64,000 bases of DNA, from assembly GCF_030684215.1 (NCBI RefSeq), contig NZ_JAUXOV010000073.1, forward strand, positions 94,396 to 158,395, written 5' to 3'. The position numbers and the translations under genes are program-made. Below the pieces are notes generated by a model. That model made no database searches, had not been told where the DNA came from, and was given only the letters and a program-made list of their open reading frames with translations. Positions 48,698 through 60,772 of this stretch are shown here, one piece after another (within the stretch, counting starts at the first letter, position 1; every line of letters begins with the position of its first letter). The stretch is from Pseudotabrizicola sp. GTDB lineage: Bacteria; Pseudomonadota; Alphaproteobacteria; Rhodobacterales; Rhodobacteraceae.

Positions 48698-49665
48698 CAA
48701 TACGCGCTGTTGTGGCGGGCGTGGGCCATTATCTGCCCGCCCGCGTTGTGGCCAATGCCGATCTGGAGGCGTTGGTCGAAACCAGCGACGAATGGATCAG
48801 GTCGCGGTCCGGGATCGAGCGTCGGCATTTCGCAGCCGAGGGTGAGATGACCTCGCATCTGGCCACCCATGCGGCGCGCGCCGCGTTGAGCGATGCCGGA
48901 TTGGTCGCCGATGATATTGATGCGATCATCCTTGCCACCTCTACCCCCGATCTGACCTTTCCTTCGGTCGCCACCATGGTGCAGGCCGAATTGGGCATGA
49001 CGCATGGCTTTGCTTTTGACGTGCAGGCGGTGTGTGCGGGATTCGTTTTTGCACTGACCACCGCCAATGCGCTGATCCTGTCGGGTCAGGCAAAACGCGT
49101 GCTTGTCATCGGGGCCGAGACGTTCAGCCGGCTGATGGATTGGAACGACCGCACCACCTGTGTCTTGTTTGGCGACGGCGCGGGCGCTTTGGTGCTCGAA
49201 GCCCAGGCCGGCACCGGCACCAGCACCGACCGTGGCATTCTGGCCAGCGATCTGCACTCGGACGGTCGGTTCAAGGACATCTTGTACGTCGATGGCGGCA
49301 CAAGCACCGGCACCACTGGCCACCTGCGGATGGCGGGCAAAGAGGTGTTCCGGCATGCCGTTGAAAAACTTGCACAAACTGCCAATGCGTGTCTGGACAA
49401 GGCCGCGATGACTTCGGCCGATGTGGATTGGATTGTGCCACATCAGGCCAATATCCGCATCATTGAGGGCACTGCGAAAAAGATGCAGCTGCCGATGGAT
49501 CGTGTGGTGGTGACCGTGCAGGATCACGGCAACACTTCGGCCGCGTCCATCCCGCTGGCCCTGTCGGTTGGCCGCGCGCGCGGCCAGATCAAACAAGGCG
49601 ACCTGATCGTGACCGAGGCGATTGGTGGCGGTCTGGCATGGGGATCGGTAGTTCTTCGCTGGTAA
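48694..49665 (+). CDS. fabH: Beta-ketoacyl-ACP synthase III
   Basis: Active-site Cys in FDVQAVCAGFVFAL, HQANIRII, GNTSAASIPLAL. ATGA overlap with plsX. Confidence 0.93.
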   Translation: MTIRAVVAGVGHYLPARVVANADLEALVETSDEWIRSRSGIERRHFAAEGEMTSHLATHAARAALSDAGLVADDIDAIILATSTPDLTFPSVATMVQAELGMTHGFAFDVQAVCAGFVFALTTANALILSGQAKRVLVIGAETFSRLMDWNDRTTCVLFGDGAGALVLEAQAGTGTSTDRGILASDLHSDGRFKDILYVDGGTSTGTTGHLRMAGKEVFRHAVEKLAQTANACLDKAAMTSADVDWIVPHQANIRIIEGTAKKMQLPMDRVVVTVQDHGNTSAASIPLALSVGRARGQIKQGDLIVTEAIGGGLAWGSVVLRW

Positions 49666-49757
49666 CCGCGAATTAAAGACGCCCTTCAAGTGTCTGATAT
49701 TGACTCGCAAATCGTGACAGCGCATCCTTTACCTCAAAACCCCGGGGGGATTTGCGA

Positions 49758-50060
49758 ATGAGCGAAAAAACACTGACCCGCATGGACCTGTCAGAAGCCG
49801 TTTTCCGTGAAGTAGGGCTAAGCCGGAATGAATCGGCGGAACTGGTCGAAGCTGTTCTGCAACACATGTCTGACGCGCTCGCCTCGGGCGATCAGGTCAA
49901 GGTTTCGTCCTTTGGCACCTTTTCGGTCCGCGACAAGTCGGCCCGTGTTGGTCGCAACCCCAAAACCGGGGATGAGGTGCCGATCAGCCCACGCCGTGTG
50001 CTGACCTTCCGCCCGTCTCATCTGATGCGCGACCGTGTGGCTGCCGGTAAAAAGAAGTAA
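49758..50060 (+). CDS. ihfA: Integration host factor subunit alpha
   Basis: [15 protein letters not shown]-type arm [38 protein letters not shown]. Confidence 0.9.
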   Translation: MSEKTLTRMDLSEAVFREVGLSRNESAELVEAVLQHMSDALASGDQVKVSSFGTFSVRDKSARVGRNPKTGDEVPISPRRVLTFRPSHLMRDRVAAGKKK

Positions 50061-50096
50061 AAGAAGTAATCGTATGTCGGCAGGAGAGCGCGGCGC

Positions 50097-51083
50097 ATGA
50101 ACAAATCGCCCGACGCCTTTCGCACTATCTCAGAGGTCGCTGACCTGCTGGAAACGCCGGCTCACGTCCTGCGGTTCTGGGAAAGCCGATTTCCACAGAT
50201 AAAGCCCGTCAAACGTGCCGGGGGGCGTCGCTATTACCGCCCCGCGGATGTGGCCTTGCTGACAGGCATAAAACGCCTGCTGCACGAAGATGGCATGACC
50301 ATCCGCGGAGTGCAGAAAATCCTGCGCGAACAAGGTGTTCGCCATGTGTCCGGTGTGGATGAAGTGGCCGAGGGTGACGATGATGCAGCTCTTGCCGCCG
50401 CCCTTGCCGCAGCCACCGGAACGCCAGAACCAGATGCGCCCCTGCCGTTGGATGAGGTGGAGACCGCTCAGATCATCGCGCTGCAGGCTGCCCTGCGCCC
50501 GCCGGTTCAGGAATCTGTTGAGACCGTAGCAGAGCAAGAGGATGAGCAAGACACTGAGCGTGGTGACCTGCAAGTTGACTGGCAAAGCGACACGCTGGCG
50601 GAAGATGACGCTCTGGCAGACCTGCCTGACCCGCTCCCCCCCGGTGGCTATTCCGACGAGTCTCCAGATGACTTACGCCCCGATGTCGCAGTGCCGCCAG
50701 CGCCCGTCACCTCTGCTCCCGTGGTGGCAGATCTGTTCGCGCGGCAAGCCCCAACAATGGCCCCACCACCGCCAGAGCCGGTGTCCGAAGCCCCAATGGC
50801 GGTCTGGGCCGACGAGTCCGATCTGCCCCCGGACACAGCCGACACCGACCACGCCCCGCCACCTGCGCCGACACTGAAAATCACCCGCATCGGTGCGGCC
50901 ACGCCGCCGCCCCCGGTGGCCGAGCAGCCCGTCGCCCTGTCTGGCCCGACCCTCGCCCAAAGACTGCGCGCACGCTCTGCCGACACGCTGACGACGGCTG
51001 AGCGTCAACAGCTGGCCGAAATCCGCGAACGGGCTGTCGCCTTGCATAACCGCATGACCGGACCGTCGCGAGTGCAGGGCTAA
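50097..51083 (+). CDS. MerR-family transcriptional regulator with long acidic/Pro-rich C-terminal extension
   Basis: [40 protein letters not shown] MerR HTH. C-terminal about 230 aa is low-complexity (D/E/P/A-rich). Confidence 0.8.
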   Translation: MNKSPDAFRTISEVADLLETPAHVLRFWESRFPQIKPVKRAGGRRYYRPADVALLTGIKRLLHEDGMTIRGVQKILREQGVRHVSGVDEVAEGDDDAALAAALAAATGTPEPDAPLPLDEVETAQIIALQAALRPPVQESVETVAEQEDEQDTERGDLQVDWQSDTLAEDDALADLPDPLPPGGYSDESPDDLRPDVAVPPAPVTSAPVVADLFARQAPTMAPPPPEPVSEAPMAVWADESDLPPDTADTDHAPPPAPTLKITRIGAATPPPPVAEQPVALSGPTLAQRLRARSADTLTTAERQQLAEIRERAVALHNRMTGPSRVQG

Positions 51084-51160
51084 CGCCGTCGCATTTGGGG
51101 TATATTCGATGCTTTCCCGCTTGTGCCGCCTGCGAATATCAGTATGTATCCCCGCATGTT

Positions 51161-51238
51161 CGGGCCGTAGCGCAGCCTGGTTAGCGCGTCCGTCTGGGGG
51201 GCGGAAGGTCGAGAGTTCGAATCTCTCCGGCCCGACCA
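51161..51238 (+). tRNA. tRNA-Pro (anticodon GGG)
   Basis: Hand-folded cloverleaf. Acceptor CGGGCCG/CGGCCCG, D stem GCGC/GCGC, anticodon stem TCCGT/GCGGA with loop CTGGGGG, T arm GAGAG-TTCGAAT-CTCTC, encoded CCA end. Confidence 0.92.
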
Positions 51239-51247
51239 TTTCCAAAA

Positions 51248-51288
51248 CCGCCCGCTTGGCCCTGTGCCTTGCGGGCGGTTTTCATTTT
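51248..51288 (+). terminator. Intrinsic terminator after tRNA-Pro
   Basis: CCGCCCGC, 15-nt loop, GCGGGCGG, followed by TTTTCATTTT. Confidence 0.65.
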
Positions 51289-51320
51289 GGCCCCATCGGG
51301 CCGCTGCGGAGGGTTCTGCA

Positions 51321-52397
51321 ATGCCATTGACCGGGGTTCTTGCCGCCCAGCACCTGCGCCAGATGATTGCCGATGGCGTCATCAGCGCCCTGCCCGCGAT
51401 CCTGCCAGAGCAGGTGCAGCCTGCCAGTCTTGACCTGCGGCTTGGCACCACCGCCTACCGGGTGCGCGCGTCGTTTCTGGCAGGCAAGGGCCGCCCCGTG
51501 GCCGACCGTCTGGCAGAGTTTGAGATGCACCGCGTTGATCTAAGCGCTGGCGCGGTGCTGGAAAAGGGCTGTGTCTACGTGATCCCACTGATGGAAAGGC
51601 TGTCTCTGCCCCCCGGATTGACGGCAGTGGCCAATGCCAAATCCTCGACCGGGCGGCTCGATCTGCTGACCCGGACCATCACCGATGGGGGCACTGAATT
51701 TGACCGGATCACCGACGGATATGACGGCCCACTTTACGCCGAAGTATGCCCTCGGTCATTTTCCGTACTGGTACGCGCAGGCCAACGCTTGAACCAGATC
51801 CGGTTTCGTCAGGGTCAGGCGGTGCTGTCAGATTCCGACCTTGCCGCGCTGCATCTGGTCGAGCCGCTGGTCGATGGAACCCCCGTGATATCCGAGGGCC
51901 TCGGTTTTTCGGTTGATCTGCGCCCGGCCTCGGGTGATCTGGTTGGCTACCGCGCCAAACCCCACACCGGCGTAGTTGATCTGGACCGTATCGGCCATTA
52001 TCCGGCGTCCGAGTTCTGGGAAGAAATCCGCACCACCGAAGGCCGCATCATACTGGACCCCGGCGCGTTCTACATCCTCGTCAGCCGCGAGGCGGTAACG
52101 ATCCCGCCCGATTACGCCGCCGAAATGGCGCCTTATCTGGCCATGGTTGGTGAATTCCGCGTGCATTACGCGGGCTTTTTCGACCCCGGCTTTGGCCATG
52201 CAGCCGCAGGGGGTGCCGGGTCGCGTGGTGTCCTTGAAGTGCGCTGCCACGAGGCACCCTTTGTGCTGGAACACGGGCAGGTCGTGGGCAGGCTGGTGTA
52301 TGAACGGATGGCAGAGCGCCCCGATGCACTTTATGGCGAAAAAATCGCCTCAAACTATCAGGGTCAGGGCCTGAAACTGGCCAAGCAGTTCCGCTAA
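51321..52397 (+). CDS. dcd: 2'-deoxycytidine 5'-triphosphate deaminase (long, about 360-aa DCD family)
   Basis: Start at MPLTGVLAAQHLRQMI. ..QPASLDLRLG.. and a duplicated dUTPase-like fold length typical of the alphaproteobacterial long Dcd. Track ORF starts at 51264. Confidence 0.78.
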   Translation: MPLTGVLAAQHLRQMIADGVISALPAILPEQVQPASLDLRLGTTAYRVRASFLAGKGRPVADRLAEFEMHRVDLSAGAVLEKGCVYVIPLMERLSLPPGLTAVANAKSSTGRLDLLTRTITDGGTEFDRITDGYDGPLYAEVCPRSFSVLVRAGQRLNQIRFRQGQAVLSDSDLAALHLVEPLVDGTPVISEGLGFSVDLRPASGDLVGYRAKPHTGVVDLDRIGHYPASEFWEEIRTTEGRIILDPGAFYILVSREAVTIPPDYAAEMAPYLAMVGEFRVHYAGFFDPGFGHAAAGGAGSRGVLEVRCHEAPFVLEHGQVVGRLVYERMAERPDALYGEKIASNYQGQGLKLAKQFR

Positions 52398-53926
52398 TAC
52401 CACGCGTCTGGCGCCGATTCCTTGGCTTTGGCAATGAAATCATGTAGCCCGTCGCGAATGTCCTTATCCAGCGCGGGCTGTTCATACTCAGCCAGCCGCT
52501 TTTTCCAAGCCCGATTGGCGCGGGTTGCAGCATCAAGGCCGCCTGCGGCTTCCCATTTTTCAAACGGCTCGTTATCCGCCAACCCCGAATCCCAGAACGC
52601 GGTCTGGTAATTGGCCATCGTATGCGCGCAACCGAAAAAGTGGTTGCCCGGCCCCACCTCGGCAAAGGCATCGACGGCCAAAGTGTTGTCGTCGATCTGC
52701 ACCCCATCCAGATAGCTGTGCAGAGCGCCACACAGATCATCGTCGAGCATGAACTTCTCGTAGCTCATGCTGAGCAGACCATCCAGAAATCCCGCCGAAT
52801 GCAGGATGAAATTCGCCCCACAATGGATGGCGGCCAGCATGCTCATGGTGCCTTCCGTCATCGCTTGCGCATCGGGCAGCTTTGAGGTGGTGAAATTGCC
52901 CGAACAGCGCAGGGGCAGGTTCAGCCGTCGCGCCAATTGCCCGATCACCATAGAGCCGATCGCAGGCTCGGGCGTGCCAAAGGTGGGGGAACCTGACCGC
53001 AGGCTCATGGACGACAGGAAGTTGCCAAAGATCACCGGGGCACCGAGGCGCTCCAACTGCGTCAGCGCGCAACCCGCCATCGTCTCGGCCAGGGATTGCG
53101 CAATAGCACCCGCGTTGGTCACAGGCCCCATCGCTCCGCCGAGGATGAACGGCACCACCACCGCGGCCTGATTGGCACGCGCATAGGCACGCAAGCTGCG
53201 CGTCATGGTGCCATCCCAGACCAGAGGTGAATTGACATTCACATTGCCCAGAATGACACAGTTCTGATCGACAAAATCCGCGCCAAACAGAATGCGCGCC
53301 ATGTCGATACTGTCTTCCGACCGATCTTCAGCGGTGACCGATCCCATAAAGGGCCGGTCACTCAGTTCAATATGCGCCATCACCATATCCAGATGGCGCT
53401 TGTTCACCGGAATATCGGTCGGCTCGCAGATTGTGCCGCCGGAATGGTGGAAATTCGGGCTGGCCTGCGCCAGTTTGATGAAGTTGCGAAAGTCCTCCAG
53501 CGTGCCAAAGCGGCGGCCATTGTCGAGATCCATGACGAAAGGGCTGCCATAGGCCGGGGCAAAGATCACGTTGCGCCCGCCGATGCGAATGGAATGGGCC
53601 GGATTGCGGGCATGCTGGGTGAACTCGGCCGGGGCTGTGCGCAACACCTCGCGCAACATCCCCGGCGGGAACCTGACCAAAAGCCCCTCCACCTCGGCGC
53701 CCGCGCGCCGCCAATGGTCCAGCGCGACAGGGTCATCGCGAAACTCGATTCCGGTTTCGGCCAGAATCCGATCCGCCGCCGCCTCGATCCGCACAAGGTT
53801 TTCTTCAGACAATATGTCATAGGTCGGGATGCCGCGCACGATATAGGGTCGCCCGTGTCCCGTCGCCTTTTGCGACCGTTCAACCTGACGCGCCTGCCGC
53901 CCCGACCTCACCCCCAGTTGCGTCAT
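52394..53926 (-). CDS. Trimethylamine methyltransferase (MttB) superfamily protein, non-pyrrolysine type (quaternary-amine methyltransferase candidate)
   Basis: About 510 aa uninterrupted ORF. ..YDILSEENLVRIEAAADRILAETGIEF.., ..SGGTICEP.., ..NFILHSAGFLDGLLSMSYEKFMLDDDLCG.. typical of the MttB fold. Start ATG 53926 has a GGGGGA SD 7 nt upstream. Track ORF runs to 54076. Confidence 0.82.
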   Translation of the reverse strand: MTQLGVRSGRQARQVERSQKATGHGRPYIVRGIPTYDILSEENLVRIEAAADRILAETGIEFRDDPVALDHWRRAGAEVEGLLVRFPPGMLREVLRTAPAEFTQHARNPAHSIRIGGRNVIFAPAYGSPFVMDLDNGRRFGTLEDFRNFIKLAQASPNFHHSGGTICEPTDIPVNKRHLDMVMAHIELSDRPFMGSVTAEDRSEDSIDMARILFGADFVDQNCVILGNVNVNSPLVWDGTMTRSLRAYARANQAAVVVPFILGGAMGPVTNAGAIAQSLAETMAGCALTQLERLGAPVIFGNFLSSMSLRSGSPTFGTPEPAIGSMVIGQLARRLNLPLRCSGNFTTSKLPDAQAMTEGTMSMLAAIHCGANFILHSAGFLDGLLSMSYEKFMLDDDLCGALHSYLDGVQIDDNTLAVDAFAEVGPGNHFFGCAHTMANYQTAFWDSGLADNEPFEKWEAAGGLDAATRANRAWKKRLAEYEQPALDKDIRDGLHDFIAKAKESAPDAWY

Positions 53927-54040
53927 CGCCCTGTCCCCCAATTCGTACCTGCTCATGACACGCTGACCAGAGGGCAATGTCCAAGACAATGCCGACCGAT
54001 AAGGGTCGGTTTTCGCCATGACACCGGATCGCTGCGGAAA

Positions 54041-54139
54041 GCTGCGCCTCCGGCGGGAGTATCTGGCAAGCAGCAATCCCCTCGCGCTGCGCTGCCTGAA
54101 TTGCTGCTTTCAAAATACTCCCGCGCGGAGCGCTGCAGC
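54041..54139. repeat. Intergenic repeat, subtype 1: about 99-bp near-perfect palindrome (two 37-40-nt units head to head)
   Basis: GCTGCGCCTCCGGCGGGAGTATCTGGCAAGCAGCAAT (54041-54077), 22-nt spacer, then ATTGCTGCTTTCAAAATACTCCCGCGCGGAGCGCTGCAGC (54100-54139). Lies between the pgm stop and the MttB-like start. Confidence 0.85.
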
Positions 54140-54147
54140 CCTTTGGT

Positions 54148-57916
<3,769 letters not shown>

Positions 57917-57920
<4 letters not shown>

Positions 57921-59341
57921 GCCAGCAGCCTGCCATAAAGCGCCGCATAGGCCGCGGCCGAGGTTTCCCAGCCCACCGGATGCATCATGGCGTTCTTTTG
58001 CACCTGCGCCCACAGTTTAGGCTGGCCATAGACCTCCACCAGCTTGGTCAGCGCCTGACCAAAGGCCAGCGCATCGGTCGGATGAAACACCACCCCCGTG
58101 GCCACCCCCGCCGCAAGGGTCGCAGGCGACACACCAATCACCGTATCGGCAAGCCCTCCGGTCGCCGCCACCACAGGCACAGTGCCGTAGCGCAAACCAT
58201 ACATCTGCGTCAGCCCACACGGCTCGAACCGCGATGGCACCAGAACCGCATCAGCGCCCGCAAACATCTGATGGCTCAACGCCTCATTATAGCCGATCCG
58301 CACCGCCACCCGCCCCGGATGGTCGTCAGCCAGCCCCCGTACCGCAGCCTCCAGCGCCGGATCGCCAGAGCCAAGCACAATCAGCCCGCCCCCCGCCGCG
58401 ATGAACTCGGGCACCACGTGTGGCAGCAGATCAATGCCCTTCTGATCGGTCAGGCGGCTGACCACGATGGCCAAAGGTCCCGGCACATCCAGACCAAAAT
58501 CGGCACACAGAGTCGCGCGGGCCTCCGCCTTACCCGCCATTGCCTTAACACTGAACGGCACAGCCTCTGCCTCAGGCGACCAGATCGCGGTATCCACCCC
58601 GTTCAGAATGCCCGACACCCGCGCACTGCGCGCCGCGATCACACCTTGCAGACCCATGCCAAACTCGGGCCGCATCAACTCGGCCGCATAGGTGGGGGAC
58701 ACGGTGGTGATCCAATCCGCCGTCACCAACCCGGCCTTCAGACTGGACAACCCACCATAATACTCCAGCCCCGCCGGGTGAAACTGCGCGGCGGGCAACC
58801 GCAATTCAGTCATCAGGCTAGACGGCGCCCAGCCCTGAAATGCAATGTTATGCACCGTGATGACCGATTTAACCGCCCCCGCGCCCTGATATGCCAGATA
58901 GGCCGGCGCAAACCCGCCCTGCCAGTCATGCGCGTGCAGCACATCGGGCCGCCATCCCGCAATCCCCTCACGCGCGATCCGTGCGCCCATCCAGGACAGG
59001 GCGGCAAAGCGCTGCGGATTGTCCCACCAATCCCCCCCCGGCCCACCATAAGGCCCGCCGTCCCGGTCATACAGATGCGGCGCATCCAGAACCAACAGGT
59101 CAATTCCTTCAACCCTGCCCGCATAAACCGTGCCGTCGCCCCCGAACAACCCCGACTCATGCAACACCGCGTCCATCTTTTCCAGCAAAGGCCGCAACGC
59201 GCGGTACGCCGGGATCAGCACTTTCATCTCCCAACCAACCGCAGCCAAAGCCTGCGGCAAGGCGCCAACCACATCGGCCAGCCCCCCGGTTTTGACAAAG
59301 GGCACGCATTCCGACGCGACTGACAGAACCCGACCCTTCAT
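57917..59341 (-). CDS. glgA: Glycogen synthase (ADP-glucose type)
   Basis: Start at MKGRVLSVASECVPFVKTGGLADVVGALP (KTGGL motif). PSRFEPCGLTQMY. The track start 59365 is a TTG inside the upstream repeat box. Confidence 0.93.
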
Positions 59342-59350
59342 CTCACCCTC

Positions 59351-59404
59351 ATTTTCTGTTTTCAAATATCCTCGGGAGGTCCGGAGGGCAGACAGCCCTC
59401 CGGG
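59351..59404 (-). repeat. Intergenic repeat, subtype 2: hairpin CCGGAGGGC-AGACA-GCCCTCCGG plus box GAGGATATTTGAAAACAGAAAATG
   Basis: 27-nt identity with the 32290-32316 copy. Located between the glgC stop (59423) and the glgA start (59341). Confidence 0.85.
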
Positions 59405-59422
59405 TTATCCACCCGCGCCATC

Positions 59423-60694
59423 CTATCCCAGCTTGCGCGCCCGCGCATCCAGCATATCCTTCGTGATCAGCACGATACCAGCCTCGGTGCGCCGGAACCA
59501 CTTGCCATCTTCTTCCGGGTCTTGCCCAACCACAAGCCCCTCGGGAATGATCACGCCCCGGTCAATCACACAATTCGTCAGCTCCGCCCGGCGGTTCACA
59601 ATAACCTGCGGCAAGGCCACCACATGATCCAGCGCGCTGTAGGAATGCGTGCGGCACCCGGTGAACAGCAGCGAATTGCGCACCTCAGACCCCGAAACGA
59701 TGCAATCACCCGACACCAGCGACGAAATCGCCATCCCGCGCCGCCCGTCGGTGTCATGGATGAACTTGGCAGGCGGAGAGATCTCGGCATAGGTCCAGAT
59801 CGGCCAGCTGTTGTCGTAAAGGTCCAGCTTGGGCACAAAATCGGTCAGGTCGATATTGGCCTGCCAGAACGCATCAATCGTGCCGACATCGCGCCAATAG
59901 GGTTCATCCTCCAGCCCTGCCGTCACGCAGCTGTCGGCGAATTTATGCGCCACCGCTTTGCCGTTCTTCACGATCTGCGGAATGATGTCATTGCCGAAAT
60001 CATGGCTGGAATTCGGGTCTTCGGCATCGCGGATCAACAGGTCGCGCAGCAGATCCCAGTTGAAGACATAAATCCCCATCGAGGCCAGTGCATTGTCAGG
60101 ATCACCAGGAATGCTGGGCGGGTCTTTGGGCTTTTCCAGAAACTGGGTGATGTTCATGTCCTTGTCGACATGCATCACGCCAAAGGCGGTGGCCTCCATC
60201 CGCGGCACGGTCAGGCAACCGATGGTGACATCCGCACCAGAGGAGACATGCTGTTGCAGCATGATCTCGTAATCCATCTTGTAGATATGATCCCCGGCCA
60301 GGATGATCACATATTTCACCTTATAATCGTCAACAATATCAATATTTTGGGTCACAGCGTCCGCCGTGCCCAGATACCATTTGTTTTCATCCACCCGCTG
60401 GCTGGCGGGCAGGATGTCCAGATACTCGTTGCGCTCGGCCCGGAAAAAGCCCCAGCCGCGCTGCATGTGCCGGATCAGGCTGTGCGCTTTGTATTGCGTG
60501 GCAATTGCCATTTTGCGGATGCCGGAGTTCAGCGCGTTTGACAGCGCAAAGTCAATTATCCGGGTCTTGCCGCCGAAATAGACTGCTGGCTTGGCGCGTC
60601 GATCGGTCAGTTCTTTCAGACGGCTCCCCCGCCCGCCTGCCAGAACGAATGCCATGGCCTGAGATGACAGCCTCGTGTTCGGTTTTGCCTTCAT
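59423..60694 (-). CDS. glgC: Glucose-1-phosphate adenylyltransferase
   Basis: [31 protein letters not shown], left-handed beta-helix C-terminal domain. Confidence 0.95.
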   Translation of the reverse strand: MKAKPNTRLSSQAMAFVLAGGRGSRLKELTDRRAKPAVYFGGKTRIIDFALSNALNSGIRKMAIATQYKAHSLIRHMQRGWGFFRAERNEYLDILPASQRVDENKWYLGTADAVTQNIDIVDDYKVKYVIILAGDHIYKMDYEIMLQQHVSSGADVTIGCLTVPRMEATAFGVMHVDKDMNITQFLEKPKDPPSIPGDPDNALASMGIYVFNWDLLRDLLIRDAEDPNSSHDFGNDIIPQIVKNGKAVAHKFADSCVTAGLEDEPYWRDVGTIDAFWQANIDLTDFVPKLDLYDNSWPIWTYAEISPPAKFIHDTDGRRGMAISSLVSGDCIVSGSEVRNSLLFTGCRTHSYSALDHVVALPQVIVNRRAELTNCVIDRGVIIPEGLVVGQDPEEDGKWFRRTEAGIVLITKDMLDARARKLG

Positions 60695-60772
60695 GGTCCC
60701 CTCCCTGTGCTGGCGCTTTGCCAGCGGTCCCTGTTTTGTCAGCCAAGGCTGATGGTCTCTAAGCTTGCCCGC

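Noticed and set aside
50673-51451. Minus-strand ORFs (190 aa and 123 aa) overlapping tRNA-Pro
   Set aside because: They overlap a well-formed tRNA and its terminator and have no coding signatures.
52394-54076. In-frame amber (pyrrolysine) codon or split ORF in the MttB-like gene
   Set aside because: The reading frame is continuous with no internal TAG. The extra 50 N-terminal codons of the track ORF lack an SD and extend toward the palindromic repeat.
59405-59413. DnaA-box-like TTATCCACC in the glgC-glgA spacer
   Set aside because: A single 8/9 match with no cluster, no AT-rich unwinding element and no replication genes nearby. Most likely chance.
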